The translations under genes and the position numbers were made by a program. 64,000 bases of DNA from Candidatus Latescibacterota bacterium (GTDB taxonomy: Bacteria > Latescibacterota > UBA2968 > UBA8231): NCBI GenBank assembly GCA_965200315.1, contig OZ241362.1, forward strand, positions 800,001 to 864,000. Reading direction: 5' to 3'. The notes under the pieces are model-generated. The model was not told the origin of the DNA, made no database searches, and worked only from the letters and a program-made list of their open reading frames with translations. Shown piece by piece: positions 30,822 to 39,590 of the stretch. The first letter of the stretch is position 1. Every line of letters starts with the position of its first letter.

Positions 30822-32044
30822 TGCCCGCGATGTTAGCTTTCAAACCACCTAAACCGAGTGTGCCAACGATTCAAATTGTACAAGCCCTGATACCGCTTGC
30901 GAATCGCTTGTATTTGAAAGGGTTGACGCTCGATGTCGATGAAGCGTCCATTGCTTGGTTGGAGGCTATACGTGGGCATTCTACGGTCTTAGCCCCTAAC
31001 CATCCGGCGCATGAAGACCCTATGGTTATGTTCCTCTTATCAAAGCAGTTATCGCAACCGTTCTACTACATGGCAGCGCGGGAAGCCTTCGACAAGGGTA
31101 GATTCGGGGCTATCCGATGCTGTTTGATGCAGCGGTGCGGTGTGTACTCGGTGGTACGCGGCACTGTAGATAGAGACGCCTTCCGCACGACTCGGGAGCT
31201 TTTGTTCAAAGGCGACTGGCCGGTTGTCATCTTTGGCGAAGGGGAAATTTCGCGCCAAAATGCCACTGTCATGCGCTTTGAGAGAGGCATCGTCCAGATG
31301 TGCTTTTGGGCCTTGGACGATATGAAAAAAGCGCAAGTTAGCAAATCGCTCTACGCCGTGCCCGTCGGCATCAAATATCACTATCCGCACGACATGTGGA
31401 ATTCTATTGATGCTGCTCTCACGAGGTTAGAACGGTATATCCTTCCGTCGGCCGAACAGACGCCGGTAGAACGCTATGATCGGTTGCGCCGCATCGGTGT
31501 TGCGATATTCAGGACACTCGCAGCGGAATATCAGTACAAGATAGACGAAACTGTGTCCCTTGATGTCCATATCGAAAGGTTGAAAGATGCGATCCTGTCC
31601 CATGCCGAAGGGATTATGGGTATCCACACTGAAGCCGACATACTCACAAGGACACGGGCATTGAAAAACATAGTCGATGCCGAAATCTATCGGGACATTG
31701 AGCAGATGACGGAGTACGAGCAGAAAATACACGGAGAGCAACTCCAGAAATTTCAACAATTCTATCCCGATCTGGAGAGGTTGATCAATTTTATATCAAT
31801 TTCAGACGGGTATGTTGCTGAAGAACCATCGCCAGAGCGGTTTCTCGATGTGATTATTCGTCTTGAAAGAGAAGTCTTTGGTAGGTCAGAAATGCGCGGA
31901 CCGCGGGTGGCATCAGTCCGCGTCGGCGAACCGAAAGATCTCCGGGCATGTTACGATACCTACAGAACTCAGAAAAGGGAGACCGTAGAACAGATAACCC
32001 ATGAACTTGAAACATCGGTTCAGAGTTTGGTCGGGTTATCCTAG
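30821..32044 (+). CDS. Lysophospholipid/glycerol-3-phosphate acyltransferase family protein
   Basis: NHPAHED (HX4D), MAARE.F, IFGEGE, PVGIKY. Confidence 0.87.
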   Translation: MPAMLAFKPPKPSVPTIQIVQALIPLANRLYLKGLTLDVDEASIAWLEAIRGHSTVLAPNHPAHEDPMVMFLLSKQLSQPFYYMAAREAFDKGRFGAIRCCLMQRCGVYSVVRGTVDRDAFRTTRELLFKGDWPVVIFGEGEISRQNATVMRFERGIVQMCFWALDDMKKAQVSKSLYAVPVGIKYHYPHDMWNSIDAALTRLERYILPSAEQTPVERYDRLRRIGVAIFRTLAAEYQYKIDETVSLDVHIERLKDAILSHAEGIMGIHTEADILTRTRALKNIVDAEIYRDIEQMTEYEQKIHGEQLQKFQQFYPDLERLINFISISDGYVAEEPSPERFLDVIIRLEREVFGRSEMRGPRVASVRVGEPKDLRACYDTYRTQKRETVEQITHELETSVQSLVGLS

Positions 32045-32414
32045 CCAGCTTGAGACACCTCTAAGGCGCGCTTGACCGCTTTGGGATCACGAGCGATTAC
32101 GCGCAAGAGCGTCCGAGCCGCCTGATCCGGCTGGTAGCGCCCCTGTTCCCAGCCTCGTACCGTCGCCAAAAAAGCTGAAACGTAGTGGCGAATTCGCGCT
32201 GCGTTAAACTCAGGACTTTGCGGATCGCCTTCGCGTCAGGAACGCGCTCGAATGCTGAGAGTTCTTCATCCGTCAAAGGCGGATTGTCGGAATCGGACAA
32301 TGCGACCTTCTCGATCTCCTCACGCATGGAATCGAGACGTTGTGCCTAGGACTCACTCAGACTCGGTAAGTTCTTTTTGTCCAACCTAAATTTCGTGGTA
32401 TTTTCTTCGCTCAT
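32041..32414 (-). pseudogene. HTH (Xre/HigA-like) antitoxin pseudogene
   Basis: MSEENTT...SES*AQRLD...DNPPLT...[39 protein letters not shown]; one stop and one frameshift. Confidence 0.8.
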
Positions 32415-32655
32415 GACGCTTTGCTCTTCGAGCAGAGATGATTCAAATTCGTGAAAAACGTTCTGTGTAAACTACGAGCAACACGCGATCATCGACCATG
32501 CCAATGACGCGACGGCGCACTTCCCGCTCGTATTCTATTAGCTCCTCTTTTTCTTAGCGGTAGAGATCGAGGAACACTCGGGCGGCATATTCAAACGGAA
32601 TCCCATGTTTGACCAGATTCATCGCCGCTTTGTCCTCATCCCATTTGAATTCCAT
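32386..32655 (-). pseudogene. BrnT-family toxin pseudogene
   Basis: MEFKWDEDKAAMNLVKHGIPF..A..VF.D...*...E.R...IG....LLVVYTER...*IISARRA...ER..Y with two in-frame stops. Confidence 0.88.
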
Positions 32656-32731
32656 AAGACGAATAGACGGGATTCCCGATGGTATTTAGCTACAAGGCAC
32701 CGGGCTACCGACCCAGCCCCCGCCAGTTACC

Positions 32732-32761
32732 TTGACATCAACGACGAGCGCTAGCTACCTT
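32732..32761 (+). promoter_or_regulatory. Putative sigma-70 promoter
   Basis: TTGACA-N18-TACCTT upstream of the Fe-ADH gene. Confidence 0.4.
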
Positions 32762-32786
32762 CCCTCCTGTACACAGAGGATCGTCC

Positions 32787-33938
32787 ATGCCCTTCCAAAC
32801 CCACTTCGACTTCCGCCATCCCACCCGCATCATCCACGGCCCCGGGTCTATCGCCTGCTTGGCGGATTGCTTCTCGCTGGCCGACAAGGTCCTGATCGTC
32901 TCCGATCAGGTCTTAGGAGAAATCGGCACCGTGGAAGCCGTCTCCGCCGCTCTCGGCAACATCCCCCATGCCGTCTATCTCAAAGACGGTTCGAGCGAGC
33001 CGACCCAAGAATCCGTCGAAGCTGGAGTCCAGGTTTACCGCCAAGAACGCTGCACCGCCATCATCGGCCTCGGCGGTGGCTCGCCCATGGATGTGGCCAA
33101 AATGATCGGCGTCCTCGCGTCCAACAACGGCCGCATCACCCAGTATCTGGGCAGCGACAAAGTCAAAAACGACCTGCCCTATCTCGTCTGCGTCCCCACG
33201 ACCTACGGCACCGCCAGCGAAGTCACGCCCTTCGCCGTGCTGGACAATCCCGCCAGCGGCAACAAAGACCCGGTCATTAGCTGGAAAATCGCCCCCCAAC
33301 TCGGCGTCCTCGACCCCGACCTATCGGTCGCCTTGCCCGCCCTCGTCGGCGCGGCCACTGGCATGGATGCCCTGACCCACGCGCTCGAATCGTATATCAA
33401 CTTAGCGGCCACATCCCTAACCGAAGGCATCGCGCTGCACGCCAGCCGCCTCATCGGCGACAACCTGCGCCTAGCCTGCGCCAACGACCACTCGCTAGCT
33501 GCCACCGAAAACATGCTCATCGCCAGTATGCTAGCCGGCGTCGCTTTTTCGCAAACGCGCCTCGGCAATGTCCACGCCATGTCCCATCCAGTCGGCGCTC
33601 ACTACCACGTGCATCACGGGCTGCTCAACGCCATCTTGCTGCCCTACGTCATGGAGTTCAATTGGTTCGCCTGCCCCGGCAAATTCGCCGCCATCGCCGA
33701 AACACTCGGCGTACATACTTCCGGGCTAGACCAACGCCAAGCCGCGCAAGCCGCCATCGCCGCGGTGCGCCATATAAACGCCGACTTAGGCATCCCGGCC
33801 AAGCTAAGAGACGTCGGCGTCGATACGGCCCGCATCTCCACCATGGCGCGCACTGCCATGCAGAGCGGCAACATTGCCGTCAACCCGCGCAAGACTACCC
33901 AACGCGATCTCGAAGTTCTATTCCAACAAGCCATTTAG
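32787..33938 (+). CDS. Iron-containing alcohol dehydrogenase
   Basis: GLGGGSPMDVAK, VPTTYGTASE, TGMDALTHALESY, HAMSH, HHG..NA. Confidence 0.93.
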   Translation: MPFQTHFDFRHPTRIIHGPGSIACLADCFSLADKVLIVSDQVLGEIGTVEAVSAALGNIPHAVYLKDGSSEPTQESVEAGVQVYRQERCTAIIGLGGGSPMDVAKMIGVLASNNGRITQYLGSDKVKNDLPYLVCVPTTYGTASEVTPFAVLDNPASGNKDPVISWKIAPQLGVLDPDLSVALPALVGAATGMDALTHALESYINLAATSLTEGIALHASRLIGDNLRLACANDHSLAATENMLIASMLAGVAFSQTRLGNVHAMSHPVGAHYHVHHGLLNAILLPYVMEFNWFACPGKFAAIAETLGVHTSGLDQRQAAQAAIAAVRHINADLGIPAKLRDVGVDTARISTMARTAMQSGNIAVNPRKTTQRDLEVLFQQAI

Positions 33939-33948
33939 GAGGTCCACC

Positions 33949-35208
33949 ATGTCCCTGCCTCGCCTGCTCCGCGTCCGCCAGTTTTTTTCCGCGCCCACGG
34001 TCGCCGACATTGCCGCAGCCGTGCGCACCGAGGTCCAGCACCTCGACTTAGGCCCCAAAATCAATCCCGGCGAGACCATTGCCATCTCGGTCGGCAGCCG
34101 CGGCATTGCCAACATCGCGCTCGTGATCAAAAGCCTCGTGGCCGAGTTCAAGGCCCTCGGCCTCCAGCCCTTCCTCGTCCCGGCCATGGGCAGCCACGGC
34201 GGCGGCCTTGCCGCGGCGCAACAGGAAATCATCGAAGGCTACGGAGTCACCGAAGAGTACACCGGCGCACCCATTAAGTCGTCTATGGAAACCGTACAGG
34301 TGGGTGCGACCGAGGACGGCGTTCCCGTCTTTTTTGACAAACACGCCTTTGAAGCCGACCACGTAGCCGTAGTCGGCCGCGTCAAGCCACACACCGACTT
34401 TGTCGGCGAAATCGAGAGTGGCCTGCACAAGATGATGCTCATCGGCTTGGGCAAGCACAAAGGCGCGGCCCTGTACCACCAAGCCATTGTCCACTACAGC
34501 TTTGACCGCATCGTCCGCTCGGTCGGCCAAACCGTCATCGATCAATGCGGCGTACTCATGGGATTGGCCTTAGTCGAAAACCAGTACGACCAAACCGCGC
34601 TCATCAAGGGCGTGGGAGCCGACGAGTTCGTGGAACGCGAAAAGGAATTGTTAGTCCTCGCCAAGCAATGGATGCCGCGCCTGCCCTTCGACGAAGTCGA
34701 TCTGCTCATCGTCGATGCGATTGGCAAAAACATCTCCGGCGCTGGCATGGACACCAACGTCGTCGGCCGCAAGTTCCACGACAACCACGCCGCCGACAAG
34801 GAGTATCCCAAAGTAACCCGCATCCTAGTCCGCAGCCTGACCGAGGAAACCCACGGCAACGCCTCGGGCATCGGCACCGCCGAATACGCGCACAAGCGCG
34901 CCATTGAGCAGATGGACCGCGAGATCACCTACATCAACTGCATGACCGGCAACCACCCCTCGGGCGCGCACATCCCGCTCTACTTTGACACGGACCGCAT
35001 CTGCATTGAAAAGGCCCTCGAGACCGTCGGCCTAGTCGAGCCTGAAAACGCCAAGGTCTTGCGCATCCACAACACCTTGGAGCTAGGAGAGCTGTTCGTC
35101 TCGGAAGCCTATCGGGCCGAAGTCGAACAGCGCGAAGACTTGGAAATCATCGCCGAGGCCGAGGAAATGCCCTTCGACGAAAACGGCGATTTGCCGCTTG
35201 CGTTTTAG
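33949..35208 (+). CDS. Lactate racemase (LarA)-like / DUF2088-DUF362 domain protein
   Basis: GSRGIANI, PAMGSHGG, RVKPHTDF, ESGLHKM..IGLGKHKGA, GKNISGAGMDTNV, HGNASGIG. Confidence 0.75.
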   Translation: MSLPRLLRVRQFFSAPTVADIAAAVRTEVQHLDLGPKINPGETIAISVGSRGIANIALVIKSLVAEFKALGLQPFLVPAMGSHGGGLAAAQQEIIEGYGVTEEYTGAPIKSSMETVQVGATEDGVPVFFDKHAFEADHVAVVGRVKPHTDFVGEIESGLHKMMLIGLGKHKGAALYHQAIVHYSFDRIVRSVGQTVIDQCGVLMGLALVENQYDQTALIKGVGADEFVEREKELLVLAKQWMPRLPFDEVDLLIVDAIGKNISGAGMDTNVVGRKFHDNHAADKEYPKVTRILVRSLTEETHGNASGIGTAEYAHKRAIEQMDREITYINCMTGNHPSGAHIPLYFDTDRICIEKALETVGLVEPENAKVLRIHNTLELGELFVSEAYRAEVEQREDLEIIAEAEEMPFDENGDLPLAF

Positions 35209-35211
35209 CAC

Positions 35212-36120
35212 GTGACCAAAAAATCGCGGGGCGTGTCCCCTATTTTCTTGGGCGGAAAGTCGCAGCGTCCGGCGACTGCGGCCCATACGCGCCGTCGCAT
35301 TGTGTTCGGCTGGTACGGTGGAAAGTTTTCTCACCTCAACTGGCTGTTACCCCTGCTGCCGGAGTGTCATCATTACTGCGAGCCGTTTGCCGGTTCTGGG
35401 GCCGTGCTCCTCAACCGGGCACCGGCTCCGGTTGAGACCTATAACGATCTCGACGGTGAAGTGGTGAACTTCTTCCGCGTGTTACGCGACCAGCACCAAG
35501 CACTGAGCCGCGCCATTGCCCTGACGCCGTTTTCACGCGAGGAATACTACCGCGCCATCTACGGCAGCACCGAGGACATCACGGATCTAGAACGCGCCCG
35601 CCGCTTCTACATCCGGGCGCGGCAGACCCGCACTGGGCTAGCGCAAACGGCCTCCCTCGGCCGTTGGGCCAACTGCAAGCATACGAGCCGCGCTGGTATG
35701 TCTGGTGTGGTCTCTCGCTGGTTGGGGGGTGTCAATGCGCTCGACGAGATTGCCCAGCGTCTGATCCGAGTTCAGATTGAGAACCGACCGGCTGTCGATG
35801 CGATTCAACTCTACGACAGCCCGGACACCTTGTTCTACTGCGATCCTCCCTACTTACACGCCACTCGTGGCGATGCCAAAGCATACGGCTTTGAAATGGA
35901 CGAGGACGAGCATCACACGTTGGCGGAAGTCGTCAATGCCTGTGAGGGCAAGGTGGCCGTATCTGGCTACCAACACCCCTTAATGGACGAGCTGTTCCCA
36001 CCCGATCGCTGGTTCAGGACAGAGGGACCGGACAAGACCATCCATTCCACCAAGGACAGCCGGCGCGAAGTGCTGTGGACTAACTATGAGCCGGAAGTAC
36101 AAAAAGAGCTGTTTGAATGA
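35212..36120 (+). CDS. DNA adenine methyltransferase (Dam/D12 class)
   Basis: FGWYGGK, YCEPFAGSG, YND, FYCDPPY, SGY, EVLW.NY. Confidence 0.92.
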   Translation: MTKKSRGVSPIFLGGKSQRPATAAHTRRRIVFGWYGGKFSHLNWLLPLLPECHHYCEPFAGSGAVLLNRAPAPVETYNDLDGEVVNFFRVLRDQHQALSRAIALTPFSREEYYRAIYGSTEDITDLERARRFYIRARQTRTGLAQTASLGRWANCKHTSRAGMSGVVSRWLGGVNALDEIAQRLIRVQIENRPAVDAIQLYDSPDTLFYCDPPYLHATRGDAKAYGFEMDEDEHHTLAEVVNACEGKVAVSGYQHPLMDELFPPDRWFRTEGPDKTIHSTKDSRREVLWTNYEPEVQKELFE

Positions 36121-36442
36121 CACCAGAGGATATCCTGCGTGGTATTTACGAGCGTACTGAAGCGGCCTTAGATACGTCCGTCGTCCCCGACATAACCATT
36201 AGGGAGCGTACTAACTATGTCTGCCGCTGTACGAGCAACCGCGCTGGGGTGCGCCTGCTTATGTCGTGCCTACTAGGAAAATTGGCTTTCTGCGGCACTT
36301 CTTGCATCTGTTCCACCGCATCCGCGCCGACTATTTGAACGCTTACCAAAAATTGGTTTTAGCCGAGCCGGATTCAGCCGTAAGTCAAACACTCAAGGAG
36401 GCTTTCCTAGCCCTGCGACAAGCGGCTGAAAGCGACGAGTAA
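36117..36442 (+). pseudogene. Putative Type II restriction endonuclease with a large internal deletion
   Basis: Start coupled to the MTase stop (ATGA); N-terminal ..NRAGVRLLMSCLLGK joined out of frame at ~36280 to a coherent C-terminus IGFLRHFLHLFHRIR...LKEAFLALRQAAESDE*. Confidence 0.65.
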
Positions 36443-37296
36443 TGAATAACAACACCCAAGATTACCTATTTGATCTCCAAGGCTACTTGGTCTTAAAAAG
36501 TGCAATCTCGGCCGCAGATTTGCGCGAGATGAACCAATGGATAGACGACCACACATCGTATGTAGAAGAGCCGTGGTCAACCGATGGTGATTCAAACAAA
36601 ACAGGCCGCTGGATTGGTCGCATAGAAACGCACACCTACAATGAAGAAAATGGCGTCAACTTTCAGAGTATCATTGAAGGCGGCCCTGTTTTTGAGAAAT
36701 TGATAGATCATCCCGCTTGGATCGACTTGGTCAAAAAGTACATTCACTCCTCGGTAAATGGCCTTTCCATTCACGAAAACTTTCTCAATGTCCGCGGCCC
36801 GGGTGGTTACATCCACATTCACTGCGGCGGCCATGTTCCGCTCAGTTATTTGACGTTTCGCCAGCACAACACCGGCGAATGGATGGTCGGGCAGATCAAC
36901 GTCCTGATGGCTCTCAACGACATCGGCGAGGGCGACGGCCCGCCGGTCCTAATTCCGGGCAGCCACAAATGCACCGAAATTCACCCTCGGCTGGAGGTAG
37001 ATGGCCGAGGCTTGGTTTACGACGGCGTGAGCGGCAAACCCGCCGGGACCGCTATCGCCGTGCAAGAAATGTATCTGAAGGCGGGAGACGTTTTGTTATT
37101 CACCGACGCGATAACACACGGCTCGGCAGAACGCACCAATCCCGGCTATCGGCGCACGATTGTCTACCGCTATTCCCCCAAATATGTCCGCGAGCGATTC
37201 AACTATCAAATTTCAGAAGAACTGTTACAACGTTTGGCCCCAGAAAGACGAGCCATTATCGAGCCCAATGCGCCGCGACGACCGCCATCCGCATAG
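36442..37296 (+). CDS. PhyH-fold Fe(II)/2-oxoglutarate oxygenase with non-canonical H-x-G motif
   Basis: FDLQGYLVL, LIDHP, HIHCGGH, ALND..GDG...IPGSHK, KAGDV, ITHGS. Confidence 0.85.
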   Translation: MNNNTQDYLFDLQGYLVLKSAISAADLREMNQWIDDHTSYVEEPWSTDGDSNKTGRWIGRIETHTYNEENGVNFQSIIEGGPVFEKLIDHPAWIDLVKKYIHSSVNGLSIHENFLNVRGPGGYIHIHCGGHVPLSYLTFRQHNTGEWMVGQINVLMALNDIGEGDGPPVLIPGSHKCTEIHPRLEVDGRGLVYDGVSGKPAGTAIAVQEMYLKAGDVLLFTDAITHGSAERTNPGYRRTIVYRYSPKYVRERFNYQISEELLQRLAPERRAIIEPNAPRRPPSA

Positions 37297-37305
37297 CATT
37301 CAAGC

Positions 37306-37420
37306 TGCCAGAGGGTAGAAACCCGGCCTATGGGGACGAACCGAGCGTCATGTCGGTCGTCCACGCGAAGCGCAAGCACTGGACAAGAAGCGGACAGCCC
37401 GGTTTCTTTATCCGCAGGCA
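37306..37420 (+). other. Structured intergenic element (nested inverted repeats)
   Basis: AGAAACC(37317)/GGTTTCT(37401) outer stem; inner hairpin GGACG.ACCGA/TCGGTCGTCC; TGCC/GGCA closing pair. Confidence 0.45.
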
Positions 37421-37447
37421 ATCCACCCAACCCACAAAGCCCTGATT

Positions 37448-38542
37448 ATGACCACCGAACACATCGGCATGACCCGCGACGCCATCGACACCCCGGTCCC
37501 CTTGGTCGATCTCGACGCGCTCGAATACAACATCGCCCGCCTCGCCGAGCATTTCCGCACGGCGGGCAAGAACCTCCGGCCGCACACCAAGTCGCACAAA
37601 ACCCCGGCCATCGCCCACCTCCAACTCACAGCCGGTGGGCAGGGGATCACCTGCGCCAAGGTCGGAGAGGCCGAGGTCATGGCCGCCGCCGGCATCCAAG
37701 ACATTCTCATTGCCAACGAAGTAGTAGGCCGCCGCAAGATCGAGCGCCTCATGGTGCTGGCCGCTCGTTGCGACATTATGGTCGCGGTCGATGACCCGCA
37801 AAATCTCGCCACCCTCAACGAGGCTGCCCACGCCTACGAGGTCTGCCCACGCGTACTCGTGGAGGTCAACATCGGCCACAACCGCTGCGGCGTCGCCCCC
37901 GCCACCGTCGTCAATCTCGCCCGCGCGGCTTCCCAAGCACCACACCTGCACTTCTGCGGCCTGATGGGCTACGAAGGCCACGTTATCGACCTCGAAGACA
38001 AAGAAGTCCGCGACGACGGGGCCCGCACCTGCCTCCAACGCCTCGTCGATGCCCGCGACGACGTGGAACGTGCTGGCCTCGACTGCTCTATTTGCAGCGC
38101 TTCGGGCACGGGCGATTACTACATCAGCACTTCCTTCGACGGCATTACCGAGGTGCAAGCGGGCTCGTACGCGCTGATGGACGCGGCCTACGCCAAGCTG
38201 AACTTGGGCTTCAAAAACGCCCTCAGCGTGTTGACCACCGTTACTAGCCGCCCCGCGCCCGAGCAGGTCATCACCGACGCCGGCCTAAAGAGTCTGACGC
38301 CCGAGCACGGCTTCCCCCTCGTCAAGGACCGTCCTGACTTGGAATGCCATGCTCTGTCCGAAGAACACGGCCGCCTCAAGACCATAGCCGGTCCCTGCAC
38401 CGATCTCCATCCCGGCGACCTGCTCGAATTTATCCCCGGCCACGGCTGCACCACTGTAAACCTCCACGACCACCTCTACGCACTACGCGCCAATCGGCTG
38501 GAGGCGATTTGGCAAATCGCCGGACGCGGCAAAGTTCGCTGA
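37448..38542 (+). CDS. DSD1-family PLP enzyme (D-threonine aldolase / D-serine dehydratase-like)
   Basis: TP...VD, LRPHTKSHK, RCGV, GYEGH, GTG, DAGLK, SEEHG, PGHGCTTVN. Confidence 0.92.
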   Translation: MTTEHIGMTRDAIDTPVPLVDLDALEYNIARLAEHFRTAGKNLRPHTKSHKTPAIAHLQLTAGGQGITCAKVGEAEVMAAAGIQDILIANEVVGRRKIERLMVLAARCDIMVAVDDPQNLATLNEAAHAYEVCPRVLVEVNIGHNRCGVAPATVVNLARAASQAPHLHFCGLMGYEGHVIDLEDKEVRDDGARTCLQRLVDARDDVERAGLDCSICSASGTGDYYISTSFDGITEVQAGSYALMDAAYAKLNLGFKNALSVLTTVTSRPAPEQVITDAGLKSLTPEHGFPLVKDRPDLECHALSEEHGRLKTIAGPCTDLHPGDLLEFIPGHGCTTVNLHDHLYALRANRLEAIWQIAGRGKVR

Positions 38543-38592
38543 CCGCCGAAGAAATCGCTACTCACTGTCCCTTGCCTATCTCGTCGCAGTCT

Positions 38593-39543
38593 TTAACGGG
38601 GACCTGTTGCAAGCAGCGATTTGATTCGTCCCCACGACTGAGCTTCGACGCTCGTCTCAGTAGTGGAAGGGGAAACTGGTTGCCAAACGGGATAATCTCC
38701 GCCCAAACCGTTGGTCAGATTGACCAAGTTGCTCCCATTTATATCGACAGCCCAAATCTCCCCAGTGCTAGGGTAAAAGGAGAACGAAGTGCCAGTACTG
38801 TTGATAATAGTGTACGACGTGAAGGCTACCCTCGTGCCGTTGGGTGCCCAAGTAAGGGGAAAACCAGCAGAGGCCCAAGAATCGCCGACATCCCGAAAAA
38901 ATATCTCTACGGGTTGGCCGGACAGGCGAATGGCCTCGACCCTGTCTTCACCGTCTCCATAGATCATAATGAAGAGAGCTTCGTCCTTTTCGTCGCCATG
39001 TAGAACGCCGATGTGTGCCCGTTTGGCTCCGTCTGGAGAAAGATAGCGATGGTCCCAGAAGCGGCGGATTATCAAAGCCGCCTCCCTCCATTCCACACTT
39101 CTCCATTCCACAAGTGAAGAGCGACTGCCGTCCGGTGCCACGGCGAACAGCTCAGAGCGACCCCACACAAAGTAGTAAATGTTTTGGCCGTCTTCAGACC
39201 AAAACAGATCATCTGCACTGTTAGGGCCTATTGATTCAATATCGCCTGTTAGCTGCTTTCGATTGCGGCCGTCGGCGTCTATCACCCAGATGTCCCTACC
39301 GGAATAATCGGCACCAACATCGAGATAGGCGATCTTCGTGCCATCCGGAGACCAAATCGGACTAGAACAATACTGTCCTTGGGTTAGGTTCACCGGGTCG
39401 CTCCCATCCGCATTCATAATCCACACGTCATTGTACCCTTCGCGGTGGGAGAGAAACGCGATTTTACCGTCGGCTTGCCCCCAGCCAGCCCCAGCCAGCC
39501 CCAGCGTTGCCAAGCAGATGATCAGTAGATGTCGATAGGTCAT
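38593..39543 (-). CDS. Secreted TolB-like (PD40-repeat) protein, copy 2, with C-terminal SWGRIK motif
   Basis: Signal peptide; KIAF.S.R, WIMNADGS, WSPDGTKIAY repeats; ends TSVEAQSWGRIKSLL. Confidence 0.85.
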   Translation of the reverse strand: MTYRHLLIICLATLGLAGAGWGQADGKIAFLSHREGYNDVWIMNADGSDPVNLTQGQYCSSPIWSPDGTKIAYLDVGADYSGRDIWVIDADGRNRKQLTGDIESIGPNSADDLFWSEDGQNIYYFVWGRSELFAVAPDGSRSSLVEWRSVEWREAALIIRRFWDHRYLSPDGAKRAHIGVLHGDEKDEALFIMIYGDGEDRVEAIRLSGQPVEIFFRDVGDSWASAGFPLTWAPNGTRVAFTSYTIINSTGTSFSFYPSTGEIWAVDINGSNLVNLTNGLGGDYPVWQPVSPSTTETSVEAQSWGRIKSLLATGPR

Positions 39544-39590
39544 AACGCGGCTCCTTGCAGAAGGCCATGAATAAGGCGGTTAGAGGTATG

